A stretch of DNA of 63,722 bases, the filler included, from Lenisia limosa (lineage: Eukaryota > Protista > Breviatea), in NCBI GenBank assembly GCA_001655205.1. It is 11 parts of 11 records of this genome, joined end to end, with 100 filler letters (N's around TTAATTAATTAA, not from the genome) between each part and the next. Parts side by side here need not be neighbours in the genome. Positions count along the whole stretch, not along the records: positions 1 to 21,886 come from LPNZ01005641.1; positions 21,987 to 31,480 come from LPNZ01008618.1; 9 more parts are not named here. The stretch is one strand, 5' to 3'. Position numbers and translations under genes: made by a program. The notes below the pieces were generated by a model that saw only the letters and a list, made by a program, of their open reading frames with translations, did not search any database and had not been told where the DNA came from. This document shows positions 15,001 through 28,000 of the stretch, piece after piece. Position 1 is the stretch's first letter, and each line of letters opens with the position of its first letter.

Positions 15001-18000
15001 GGAGTGTGGAGGGTCGCGTTAATTGTTTTGAATAACATATCAGTTGTACATTCAAAAAGTTCCAATAGCAAACCGATCAAAGCACATATGCCTGGGATGA
15101 GAATCAAGATAGGTCCGAGAAGAACAGATGTAAACACCACGTCGTTGTCAATACTAAAAATTTCCATGCCGGAGAGAGCTAGGCCAAACCAGCCGAGCAG
15201 GAGTGATGCGGAACCAACCTACACAGTAACAATGAAACGATATGGAGAGAGGAGAGGGGGTAGGAGGGGAATGGATCTTATATGTCAACATACAGCGCAA
15301 TTTGACCACGTGACGTAGAAGGGAAGGAAGTGCCAAATAACGTAGGCTAGCCAGGTGAAGGCCAGTCCTGCAATACCATAGTAGTATAGATCTGAAAGAT
15401 GAGATGGTGGCTTTATTTCGGTACTACAGAGACTTTAGAAATCTGCTCGTATGTAACAGAAAGCAAGAATTTAGGTTGTAGAAGTGGAGAGAATCGTGAA
15501 GACTGCCACTTACTATGGTCCAGAATAGCAGTTTTGGCCGCAAGCGTCACCAGCACAATCACCATAAACTGCTTTTGGACAAACGAATGGGGGCTAGCAA
15601 AAAGTTGCGAGCAGCGCTGAATTGTGTGTTATATAGGAAAGACAAGTAAGTGTACAATAATGTAGAGTTATGATTTATCCATTCCCTATAAAAAACAACT
15701 TGATGATATGTAGTATATTACATGTGTAATATAATCTTAAATCTGATACAAGCTAAGTTAAGTTAACCCCTTACAGGATCGTCAAAATAATACAACATTG
15801 TGTAGAATACCATGAAGGCAGAAAACATCACAAACGCAATTGCAGTCTACAATGGTAAAGTTCAATATTGATCTACAACGCCTTCATATGGAAGAAAATA
15901 GAATGTACTTCATGAATCTAAAGCCCATTCATAACTACAGCGCATTCCAATACTGCGACTTCATAAGGAACATGGTCTAGGCTTTAGCCCTCGGGTACTA
16001 AGCCCAAACACAACCCACCACAATGACCAAAGGGAGGCGGCTGGATGCAAAACAGTCACCATCGAAGTACCGCATTGTGACAGAGGATCGGGAGTAGTCG
16101 CATGTTAGAGGGTGTAGTAGCAGGCGTGCTATGCGGGTAAGGAATTTGCAACCGATATATCGTATAATAAACAGAATACAGAGTAAATATAAATTGGGTG
16201 AGGAATTCAATATTACATGCATGTATGCAGAAATAGAAACATACAAAGCTTACATCTTATTTCTATCCAATACTATTGATTCGTAGTATACTGAATCCGC
16301 GATCCACCAACTCCAGATAGAGAACGTACCAATAGGGATAAATAATGGACCGGTTACAAAGTTGGTGAAAGTGAAAAAGAGCTTAAGCCGGGTGGGTGAC
16401 ACTTCATGATGTTGCACAATCTTGATTGGTCAGTATGAATTAAAAGTGTGTGTTTATTTTTTGGTATTGTAACTGTATTACACACATATACCACAAGGAC
16501 TATCTTAATAAACCTTTAATTAATCCCATACCATCACCATCAACAAACTGAGAGAAGAAATCCAACATACCCGAGACTCTAAGGTACACCAGGCAACTTG
16601 GATGCAAACAAGAGCGGTCTAAATAATTATTAAAAAGGTGCAATGAATATAATGCGAAAGCAGCAAGACCAAAGAAGAGTGCCGGAATATATACATGTTG
16701 CTATGTGTATAAAAACCATGACATCCGCCTTACCGCTCCGAAAGCCCAAAAGTTGACTGTGGACTCAGAAATTCCATATTCCGGCCACCAAATGGGGAAA
16801 GTGGTGTAGAAAACCGGCCAAACCTATGGACAATGATTGAAAATATTCGACTAATAGCGGTGAATCTTTCAACATCTGTTTGTATCTCTATCAACCAGGA
16901 ATTGTCGTAATTGTTGCTCACCGCAGGGTCGAAAAACTCGATGATTGGGAATGACGGGTCGATGAACAAGGTCACTAGTTCTACAGATGTTAGTTAACGA
17001 AATTTCGAGACGCAAGATACTTATTCCTTGAACAAGATACATGCATGATATGATACAAAACATGACGATATTTAAGCATTAATGCCCATACTTTGTTCCA
17101 AAAACCTTGATCAAGTACCCCCTCCCACGAAGAAACATAAGAGCAAAGCAAAGGGCTGAGAGCAGACGATGCGGTCGCGCAGCCTCAATTCCTTTGTAAA
17201 CTGGGAGGGAGGGAGGGGGGCGGGTAAACATTTGTCCAACATTACAGTTTTAAACCCCCAAAGATCAGTTACTCACAATGGTTCCCCTAATTAATGTGAT
17301 CTAATATGCACCTTCAACCCCCTCCCCTAGGCCACTCCCCCACAGTGTTTGAAAAAGCCATCTTCAACGAACTGAACAAAGCTGACGGCCGTTGAGGCAA
17401 CCCTGTTTGGGTAAAAATAGAGGAGGAAAATGGAGGTTGCAGTAAAATGCCCAATGCTCTTTAGTCTAGCTAAACAGAAAAGAGAATAGCCATTAACTAA
17501 AATAAAAGAAAGTTTATATAAGGAGGCCAATTTCTAAAAAAAAAAAANNNNNNNNNNNNNNNNNNNNNNNNNNNNNNNNNNNNNNNNNNNNNNNNNNNNN
17601 NNNNNNNNNNNNNNNNNNNNNNNNNNNNNNNNNNNNNNNNNNTCTGAATAAAGTGCCCATACTGACACTCTTCTCAAATCTCAAAAGGACCCAATCACTC
17701 GAATGAATAAGAATACTCGAGAAATATTTGCTTGACTCACTAAATCGCCACCTATGTAATCTAAACCCTGCGACAGAACAGAAGGCCTAAGATCGCGAAT
17801 CATAACTCAATACAGGCAACAACCATAAGTCCAACGGTATGCCTTAAACATATTTATTTGGTACGATTTTGCTTATTAAAGACGGAATGGTGCCCATAAT
17901 TAGACTACAATAAGAACACCATGCAGGCCTAACCGAACAAATCGCCCAGAATGCATTGCGTCCTTTATCCCCCCAGAGCTCACGTAGATGTTCTTGTTGA

Positions 18001-18039
18001 AGTTGAAGACGGTACAGTTAAGCCGTCGAAGTCGGACAT
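1..18039 (-). CDS. Giant multi-exon polytopic membrane protein: TmcB/TmcC-like N-terminus, several TM-flanked loops, C-terminal class III adenylate/guanylate cyclase (3' end runs off the window)
   Basis: Manual splicing of minus-strand GT-AG exons. Putative start MSDFDGLTVPSSTS (ATG 18039). N-terminal exons LLLHPLTCDYSRSSVTMRYFDGDCFASS (~16.1 kb), WHFLPFYVTWSN (~15.3 kb), HVREFWTRVSRPNVDLATLP (13.4 kb) and KTVLT/AYIKFVSEVKNN resemble TmcB-type proteins (recognition from memory). TM exons at about 12.3, 10.9, 8.0, 6.0, 5.8, 4.1, 3.8, 3.1 and 1.8 kb. C-terminal exons EEKEKKKQDETSQLLNT / VLPERITKRLANGEQISDIQPDHYDSVSV (~650-740) and ASSPINLV (~270-300) match the start of a class III cyclase domain. 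Could be two tandem genes; no internal stop/start was found. Confidence 0.65.
3207..3336. mobile_element. Degenerate GGGCTTCAC-family MITE copy carrying a 35-bp duplicate of the adjacent exon
   Basis: Family core AATCCTCGATAAATATCGAC..GTCTTTTGGAACCGAAG at ~3283-3326. 3237-3271 is identical to 3132-3166. Confidence 0.5.
6561..6967. mobile_element. ~400-bp intronic MITE-like element with 34-bp terminal inverted repeats
   Basis: GTATATCACACCATCCATATATCTGTGAATTTTC (6563-6596) is the reverse complement of 6932-6965 with 1 mismatch. A related copy lies at ~60090-60163. Confidence 0.7.
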
Positions 18040-18764
18040 GGACTCCAAGTTGAGGGCTATTTAGCAGATATATGCAGTTACTCTCTTGAAATCAATATAA
18101 AATGTGTATACTATAATATACCTTTCAGATTTTTTGATTACGTGCAACTTCTTGTTTGTTTTCCGACGGGTGGACCATGTGACGTCATGCGTTTTTCTGG
18201 CTTCCGCGTTGCTCCCCGCGGCTCCGTGCCTTTTTTGTCGCTCTTGCTTCCCCGAGCCCGGCCCTTCATGGATGGACTGGGGAAGACCTGTTAAACGCCG
18301 GGGGTCCAAAGACTTGGACTAGACCCATGGACCGGGGAATCCTCCTCTCTCGCACTCCCCATTCTGCCCAGCTGCTGCCCGGTTCCAGTTTCCCTCCCAG
18401 TTCCCTCCATACATCTTGTTGCTGTCATCTCCAAGTCATCTCTCAATTTTTTTTGTGCCGCCTTGGCATGGTGCTTTTATTATATAGCACTTGCTTGAAA
18501 TCTGCTGAGGGTCCACGTAGTCAAGCGTCATGTTGAATAGTGGGGTTTCATTTGACCTTTGGGGGCAATGTAGTGGAAGTGCAGCTTCTGAACGTGAAAG
18601 GGTTTGATTATAACTCTTATGGCTTGAGGCTTAAGACAATCATTTGCCTAACAACACACAGCTTTCTGGGTACCTCCCCAAACTAGTCATAAATGTTGTT
18701 TTTTTTAAAAAAAAGACAGGAAGTTGGATAGATAGAATGGATTATATTAGACTAATTTTAAATA

Positions 18765-21700
18765 CTAAACGAGGTTTCCCATGACTTCAAGGTCTTCCAT
18801 ACTGGCAAACTCATCGTCACTGGTCATGAGGGAGTTGGTTTCTGAGTGCTACAAGGGGTGTGAATAAACGCACGCGCAAAATATTTGGCAATGTTGAAAA
18901 TCTTGCCTGTCAGAAATTCCTGACAATTAGCACAGAACAAAGCCTCTTATTTACCATTTCCCACGACCTCCTCCTACATCTTCATCATCATCAGAAGAAG
19001 ACATCATTGAAATTGACGCATCAAAGAAGTTTGAACCTTGGAAAGTAAGAGGTCTTCTTTTGAACATTTGCAAAGAATATTCAATATACTGTCACAAAAA
19101 AAAATAGTTAATATAATATAACACAGAAAGCTCTGTACAGAGTTGTGTAAGGTAAATGATTGGGTGAATTAATACTATACTATAATGCAATCTTTATATG
19201 CGTGATGGTGTGTACCGCCAGATACAACCTTTTGTATTTCTCATTGCTATATAGATATGTATATGATATACTAGTATATATATATAATTATATAATACTG
19301 TAATATCAGCCTGAACCATCATATTATGGTGGTGGTTAACAAAGTGCAACCCCCTCCCCCACCCTCAGGTGCAGGGAGCATTTGGTCGTCATCAGAGTCG
19401 CTCTCTGGTTCGGTATCTTCAGCCTCATAGTCATCGGATTTCATGTCTTCGATGTTCTAGGTAGGATAAGAACTTGTTGGCTTTCTAGACGATGGTAAGT
19501 AAACTTAAAACCAAAAGCGTGGGTGGACATTTTTTTGGGGTAATTTTAGTCGACATTTTGTAATATTGTAAGAAAAGAAATATGAGCGCTCTGATATTGT
19601 CGTTTTCACATTTCCCAAGGAGATGTAGNNNNNNNNNNNNNNNNNNNNNNNNNNNNNNNNNNNNNNNNNNNNNNNNNNNNNNNNNNNNNNNNNNNNNNNN
19701 NGGGTGCGGGTGGGGGGGTATACGTAAATATACTGCATCATTTGTTCCCTGCAGACTTTGACGCTATTTTGGCCAAAGGAGACCTTCAAATCTTCACGAG
19801 CTGAAACAAAATTCTCCTCATCAAAATCTGGATGTTAAGGGGAAGGGGGTGAGTATTTGAAACAACAATCATCCTTATATACTGAGACAAGAGAGGTGGG
19901 GGCGGGGGGTCCCATGAAACAATAGACTCATGTAGGGGCGNNNNNNNNNNNNNNNNNNNNNNNNNNNNNNNNNNNNNNNNNNNNNNNNNNNNNNNNNNNN
20001 NNNNNNNNNNNNNGATTTGGACATTTTCTTCCTCTAATGAGGCAAATTCCTGATTTCACAATGTTCAATGCATTGTTTTTTCTCTTTTCTCTTTTCAAAC
20101 GAAATAACAATCAATTTGGAGAGTAAAGGATAGAGATCGGAAATTGTTAGATATCAAACTAAAAAGAAAAAAAGAGTTGGGTTCGTAATCTGGGAATCTT
20201 GGGTTTTCTTTTGATTCGGCCAGAGGGAATCAACATTTCATCTTTTTGGAACCCTTCTTACTAACCTTGGAGAGGAGAACTGACAAAACGGAAGGACGAG
20301 TCTATACTGTGAAAATGCGTAGTGGATGGGAAAATAACGATTGTTGTAGCTAAATGAGCATAAAGAAATTGACACATTCACTCGCTTTGAATCCCCAGCT
20401 GCTTGGCTACCAATACCGTCAAGATTCTTACAAACACTAAATGTTGACGACATACACATATAATATACGTATGTATGTACGTGCAGTTTATGTAAATGTT
20501 GATCATGTGTCAAAATTGATAAAACTAAGAAAAATCCATACCATTTGTGATAGAAATGCAAATCCATGCCACTGTATGGACAACTTTGTGAGTCGACCTT
20601 AATGCCCAATACCTCCCCCACATTCTGCTGTTGGGCTATCGGACACAGCAGGCTCCATTTTCGGTATTCCAAGACCTTGGGCTTGCCGTTCTNNNNNNNN
20701 NNNNNNNNNNNNNNNNNNNNNNNNNNNNNNNNNNNNNNNNNNNNNNNNNNNNNNNNNNNNNNNNNNNNNNNNNNNNNNNNNNNNNNNNNNNNNNNNNNNN
20801 NNNNNNNNNNNNNNNNNNNATGAACCCGAGGGAGCTCAGTTAACTTGAAGAATAGCATAAAACAAACACAAGAGGCAACAGTTTAGAAAGGGCAATGTGT
20901 GCAGTACCAAATTATGTTACAAGACTATCAAAAAAAAGGTGACCAAAATAGACCCTGTCCCACATTTTGTGAAGGCTTATACGTTTCACCATCGCCTTCA
21001 TCCGCATCCTCGTCATCCGAAGCCATAGTTGACTCCCCACTTGAAGAATGTTCAACTATGCTGCCATTGTCACTACCACTTTCGTCTTCGTCACTTTCTT
21101 CGTTTTCTTCCACTGCCTTAGCAACTGGTGGGGGGCTGCGGTGTGAAACGAGGGGGGGGTGAAGAATTATCAATAAATATAAAGCAAAATAGTGTTAATG
21201 TATTCAACAAAACAAAAAACAAAAATGGTCTTTGTGCGAATAAAGCGAGATGCCTACTTCAGCGAGACAGGGGCCAGAACAGGGGATGGGAGAACAGCGG
21301 GTGTAACGTCATCATCTTTTTTGGGTTCATCGGCCTGGGAAATGTCGTCACTGGGTGCAGGGCGGGAGGGGAGTGAACTAAACGCATGTGCGGCACTATT
21401 GCGGTAGCGCGCAGCCATCGACGCCATCGACATACCAGGGCCCCTGGAGGGAGTGAAGCGTGGAGAGATAAAGCTCAAAGATCATTTACACGAAAATATA
21501 TCATGAAATGAAGCATAAATGTCATCATTTTCACAAATTATTACAAAACGATTGGGTAATTTCAGATAGTATAACAAAGATGCATGATTCACATATCCCC
21601 AACGCTTGGAAACACACTACAATCCTAAAACAGACGAAATATTTAGATAAATCCTTGGTCTTTGTCGGTATTTAACTAGATGGTACTTTTAGAAGAGAAA

Positions 21701-21830
21701 TGACCTAAATGCCAGCCACTCTACGTGTAAAAGGGTTCGTTCAAACCTATTCCTCCAACTGCGCATTGCAGGGCGAGTAGCCGGTGCTTCTTCCTTCTTT
21801 TCAGGCTCAGTTTCTTCTGGATGATGATGG
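18765..21830 (-). CDS. Partial multi-exon acidic/low-complexity protein of unknown function (5' part lost in gap)
   Basis: GT-AG-bounded exons: HHPEETEPEKKEEAPATRP, SRGPGMSMASMAARYRNS, EENEESDEDESGSDNGS, PDFDEENFVSAREDLK, NIEDMKSDDYEAEDTEPESDSDDD, ending EDLEVMGNLV* (TAG 18765-18767). Confidence 0.55.
19196..19232 (+). repeat. Dispersed repeat family D (TTATAAGCGTGATGGTGTG..GGCCAGATACAACCTTGT)
   Basis: Near-identical copies at ~29264-29309 and ~41468-41512. Confidence 0.7.
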
Positions 21831-22024
21831 TATGGATAGTTGGATATTATGATAAAATTCAAAGAACAAAGAAATTGTTGTTATTCNNNNNNNNNNNNNN
21901 NNNNNNNNNNNNNNNNNNNNNNNNNNNNNNTTAATTAATTAANNNNNNNNNNNNNNNNNNNNNNNNNNNNNNNNNNNNNNNNNNNNCCCCCCCCCCCCCC
22001 TCCCTTCTATTTTCATTATTTCAG

Positions 22025-25000
22025 GAACCGTATGACTAAAGGCTACTCCAAAGGGTCTGGGTTGTTCACATGTGCCACTGGTTGGGGGAGGGGGGAGTAC
22101 AATTGGAATATTTAGGAATCAAAAAAGCCTTAACACGGTATTATTATTTCTCCCAATTTGCTTACAACTCTGTGTACATACATGTGGCTTTCTGTTTGCC
22201 TCCCCAGTACATCAGATATATCGTAATATATACCAAAAAACGTCCTCCTATTTTCAAACTAAATTTCCAACAAGTACATTTCGTATGTTGAGAGGAACGT
22301 GTTGTGTGGTAACTTTTTAGTTTCCCTCGACTTTATATACAGTGACCGGGTTAAGTTTTGACCTGTTATTATTTTCCTTGGGAAATAATCACATAGCAAA
22401 TCGATACAAACTTATCCCGGTGACTGTTGTGCTATATGATATATTTGATTTTCCACTTCACAACCCCCCTAAATTCCCAGGTGACTTGACCTCTGAAGAG
22501 GAGGCCAGATTCGGCCTTGTTAGTCGCCATGCCTACGCCATTTTCCAGGTTGGCGTGCACGAGAGTCCCCCCTCTCCCATTTCCGGATTGATTTGTTGTG
22601 TTTATGTTTGCTTGCCACAGAGTTGATTGTGTTGTAGTTGGTGGGGTGGGTGGTCCCCTTAATGGAAGGGGGCATCTTCCCCTGATTTTGATCTGTGCCG
22701 TTTCTCTAAATTAAGCTTCACTACCGGTCCGGTCAACCGGAACTAGGAAGAACCGGTCAATTTTCCGGTTTTTGGTTCTCAGTTTCACAATATCTATGAT
22801 ATTTAGTGGAGGATTTGCTTTTTACGCAATAGGTCAGAGACGCGTGTGGAAAGAGAATGGTCCAACTCAAGAACCCGTGGGGACATAAGCGCTATAAGGT
22901 TTGTTATTGCTGTGATTAACTTCTCAATGTCATATTTTGAATAAAATTGTTTTTTTTTTCTCGTTGGGGCAGTGCTCTACTCTTTTCCGCGTCTCAATAT
23001 CATTGAAATATATCACTACAACTTATCATATGTACTAGTAATATTTACAGTATATGAGTAGTATGCTTTGCTTATGACTTCATTTACTGAGCCCTTAGGG
23101 GAGATACAGCTATGACCGTGCATCGGACTGGACTGCCGAGCTCAAGGAAGCCCTTCAGTACGGTACGACAACGCCTTTTCCCTTTCACTCTCGCCCCCCC
23201 CCCCCCNNNNNNNNNNNNNNNNNNNNNNNNNNNNNNNNNNNNNNNNNNNNNNNNNNNNCTAATGAAATATAAAAAGGGCTACCCTACGGTCCCAAAAAAA
23301 GACCGAATCTCTTGATAAATCCTAGATAAACATCGATTTTTAGAGGTCTTTTTCGGACCGTAGGGAAGCCCTACGTCTACATGTACATAATGATTAACTA
23401 ACCTAAATACTAGGACTCTGTGCGATTAATTGAAAAAAAAAATCATAATTTGAAGTGGGACTAATGAGAACATTTTAATTGCAACTTTATTTATTTTTTT
23501 CCTCAAAAAATTACTGGCAAGGAACCCAATTAACATCGATATTTTACGAATCTTTTGATCCTAAAGTGAATTTCTAAATCCTCAGATCCCGCATCAGCAA
23601 ATAATGACAACGGTATCTTCTGGACCGATTTTGAAACAATGGAGCTGCTTTTCCCGTTTGTCGGGTCTGTATAATACATGCAGTTATTTACATTGAGTGA
23701 CCGGGATAAGTCTTGACAGATTTGCTACAATTACATACAGTGACATAAATATGGTGACCTGAATAAAGATAAAGCTCATTATCCGTGGCATCTGATCGCG
23801 CTTTCTGTACATTTCAGCAAATATACTATACAATGACCGGAATAACTCTTGACCGATATTCTTTCAGAAATCATAGAGCAAATCTATCAAGACTGTAGCA
23901 AATCTGTCAAGACTTATCCCGTCATACGATATTATTGAATAATTACAATATGTTCCAAACACTTTTTCATCTCGTCATTAGCACTTCCAGTCCCCCCTCC
24001 TCCTGTTTATTTCGCCCTTCTTTCCTCATGGTTCAGTGACGTCTTCCTGTCGTGGAATCCAAACCGATTCCAATTTCAGGATAGGATTTCCTCGGTTTTT
24101 GAAGGACACTCCATTGGCATAAACTACGTAGCACACAACCCTCGTAAGCCTGTTTTTTAAAAAAGAAATTCTCTTTCTCCTTTTGCGCATGAAGGAGAGG
24201 CCCTCTTTAATATATACCATACATATAATTATGTACATATATATATATATATACATGTATATATTTATCTTTATCCCAAATAAAACACTTTGTAGAGTAC
24301 CTTTTGGACGTTCAAACTGGCCAAGCAACCCAGGTGAGGGTGAGAATGGCATCCTAATAACACTTTTGGCAGGTTACTACATAATCTGTAAAATAGCAAG
24401 GTTCTATTTACACATCCCAGTTCACAATTAAATTCAAAAATACTAGAATAGGGATTGTCTTCTTTCTAGTATTTGAGAAGCTGATTTACATTGCAAGGTG
24501 TGGATTCTCCTTGAGCGGCATGTCAATGATACGGCAAGGTNNNNNNNNNNNNNNNNNNNNNNNNNNNNNNNNNNNNNNNNNNNNNNNNNNNNNNNNNNNN
24601 NNNNNNNNNNNNNNNNNNNNNNNNNNNNNNNNNNNNNNNNNNNNNNNNNNNNGACGTGCACTATGATCTTATAAAAAGATCCAAAAGTGTACAACAACAA
24701 TCACACTACTATCAAACTTCTGGTTTTTCAGGGGAACAGCATCATCTGAGCAGAAAGAGCCAGACTACTTTGCTCCTTCCAATATCTGGTGAATGTCAGA
24801 CAATAGGGTTATGTTGTTATATACAGTACACATGAAAAGAACCAAAAAAAAGGCACTCCTTCATTTTACTAAAGAAAAACAACAGTTTTTTTTTTTTTTT
24901 TTTTTTTTNNNNNNNNNNNNNNNNNNNNNNNNNNNNNNNNNNNNNNNNNNNNNNNNNNNNNNNNNNNNNNNNNNNNNNNNNNNNNNNNNNNNNNNNNNNN

Positions 25001-28000
25001 NNNNNNNNNNNNNNNNNNAAATGGCACTCCGGTGTTTTTCCAAGCAGATTCTCCGGGGGCAAGGATAGAAGAATGGTAGAAGATTGAGTGCACCACGTGT
25101 GCATACATATATTCTCCTAATCATCATTATTATTACCACCATAAATATTACACCGATCATTTAAAAACCCAACTTAGAGAATCGCAAAAGAACTTGTCAG
25201 CGGTCAAATCAGCGGATTCAACTGACGACATCTTCCTCGGCCTCCAGGTACATTTTAGTTTTCTTTTTGGAGGCATTTTAGTTCTTATTTTCAATAAAGA
25301 TTACATTCTTGTTTTGGGGCGATATGATTAAGGTGGTATTTTATTATCTATTTACGGCAAAATAATTGATAGCAATCCATTGTTTATTTCTCTATTTTTC
25401 CTCCTTATTTGTTTTCAGGTATTTGAGACGAACAAGCGCATCACTTTCCCATCTGACGACATAAACATCAATCATGTGGGTGTTGTGTTCACTGAGTGAA
25501 AAGCCTATTTGTATTTTATTTTCCTTGCCAATTTTCCGTTATTACTGTGAGGTTGTGAAAGCAATATCTTTTAAATACGAAGGAAGTGTATTATCGGGTT
25601 GATTTTGATTTGATTGTATCGGGTTGATTTTGATTTTATTGTCTCGGGTTGATTTTTTTTTTTTTTTTTTTTTNNNNNNNNNNNNNNNNNNNNNNNNNNN
25701 NNNNNNNNNTTTTTTGAGATTGAGATATGATATCTAAAGCCTATTTAAAATATTTCCGGACTCTGTTCGGCTAATTTTCAATTTCAAAAAGCAGTTACAA
25801 CGCCTCTGCTCTGAGCAGTTGCCATACCCTATGATAAATGTAGAGCAGTAAAGGTTGAACAGTAATAATTTTAGTTTTATCGAGATATTTCTTAGAATTG
25901 ATAGACCCATCAGAAATTATCCCAAATTTTGGGACGTCACGTCCCTTTAACTGAGTCGGATAAAACCCTGCTGTTATGCAGCATATACAAAATGTCAAAA
26001 ATAAACTTGCCTTAATGCCAACAGTGGACAACAATGAGACAGGTGCTTGCCATTGCCAAGGTAGACAACAACGAGACAGGTGCTGGCCATTGCCAACAGT
26101 AGACAATAATGAGACAGGTGCTGGCCATTGCCAAGGTAGACAACAATGAGACAGGTGCTTGCCATTGNNNNNNNNNNAACAGGTGCTGGCCATTGCCAAC
26201 AGTAGACAACAATGAGACAGGTGCTGGCCATTGCCAAGGTAGACAACAATGAGACAGGTGCTTGCCATTGCCAAGGTAGACAACAATGAGACAGGTGCTG
26301 GCCATTGCCAACAGTAGACAATGAGACAGGTGCTGGCCATTGCCAAGGTAGACAACAATGAGACGGGTGCTTGCCATTGCCAAGGTAGACAACAACGAGA
26401 CAGGTGCTTGCCATTGCCAACAGTAGACAACAATGAGACAGGTGCTGGCCATTGCCAAGGTAGACAACANNNNNNNNNNCGAGACAGCTATGTTGGAAAA
26501 ACTCCCGCAGAAAAGCAGAATTTTGTTGACATTATTACCTCAATCAGTCACTAACCAATGATAGAGGGGGGATTCGAACTAATGTCGCGAACTGGCTTGA
26601 AGACAAAGTTTTGGTGTTCAAACGCTGAAATGAAATTTGACTTTCTAAGCCACTCTCAAGTAAGTCCTCAAGTAAGTCATACCTAAGAGCACCGAACTCA
26701 CAACCTTAATAATGGAAAAACTGATCCATTATCCACTTCAGTCTCAAGTTCTTGCACAAGGAATACAATTTTCAGGCTAAAAATTGGGTGCATATCAAAA
26801 ATGAAACAAACCTGGGGAGCCATTTGACGGTTTCGGTCCAAATTTGAAGGTTTAACAAGCTCCTTCAGCTCTTGTCTCACAATGGTCGGACTTCCTCTTC
26901 CATCTTCGTCACTTTCCTTCAATTTTCTTACCAATAGGGAAATATGAGCTTTCATACCATGCTAAAGAGTAAAATATCACAAAGAGCAAGATCCAAACAT
27001 TCTTTAATCCTTTTGCAACACCCACAACAACATTTATTGTTTTTTTCACAATCCCTTTTCTTCCATTAGTTTTCCTACTTTAAACAAGCCAATCAGTCAC
27101 CTCTAAGACCTTAATCAGAGATCTTACATAACAAGTGTGTTAATAACAAGACTTTCCGTTTTAAAAAGCACAATTTTGATAAATTGGTTGTACAGAGTCC
27201 TACTTTGAATAATTTTCAAAACTCTTTGAAGGATGCTTCTTTGAGATTTTTGTTTTGTTTTTATTTTTGAATATTTCGTCGTTATTTTATTAGACAGTTA
27301 TTTTTTTGTTGTTTTAGCAGCACCCAATTGCATCACCCTGCGCATCCCTAGATTGTATTATCTGTCAAAAGAAAAGGAGTTAAATCACCACATTCAGGGT
27401 GTGCACTACAACAAATCGCATTCGCTGACTCGGGTTGACGCATCCCCAGATAACAATTCATTTAATCTCACAGTGAGTAATATGATACTTTTCATATGTA
27501 ATTATGTACTTGTATATGTATTGGATGCTTCCTACGATAAAACCTCACTTTGCCCCCCCCCCCCAAGTTAACTTGCCTGTCCAAAGCCCGCTTTACATAC
27601 TCGCTGTTCTGCTACTCCATTTGCCCTATTACACTTTCACAGTGTCCGACATTCCCCCAAAGGTCAGGGTTGTTTGGTTCAAATTGCAATATTGTAAGGT
27701 TAACTCAATTTCAGACACTTTTCTTCAAATCTGTCAATTTCTTCAATAATTATTTGCAAGGCGTCATATTAATTGCTGTTTTTTGGACGCTGTGCGCTTA
27801 GATTACCGAAATATCGTTGTAGTTCATATTCATGGTCTTTTTATAATAATATGGGTATTGTATTTATGTGATTTCTCTTGAATTTACTAATGTAAATTGC
27901 TCTTATCAGTATAATATTTCTCAGATCGTATTTCTTAAGGTATTTCGCAACCCTCATAAATTTAATTTGTTAGATTGCGTTTTTCTCAGTTTCCTTACTC

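Noticed and set aside
25795-26467. Long repetitive ORFs (WQWPAPVSLLSTLAMASTC) and a CRISPR-like repeat appearance
   Set aside because: Contiguous 37-bp tandem minisatellite with no unique spacers, inside an intron; no cas genes.
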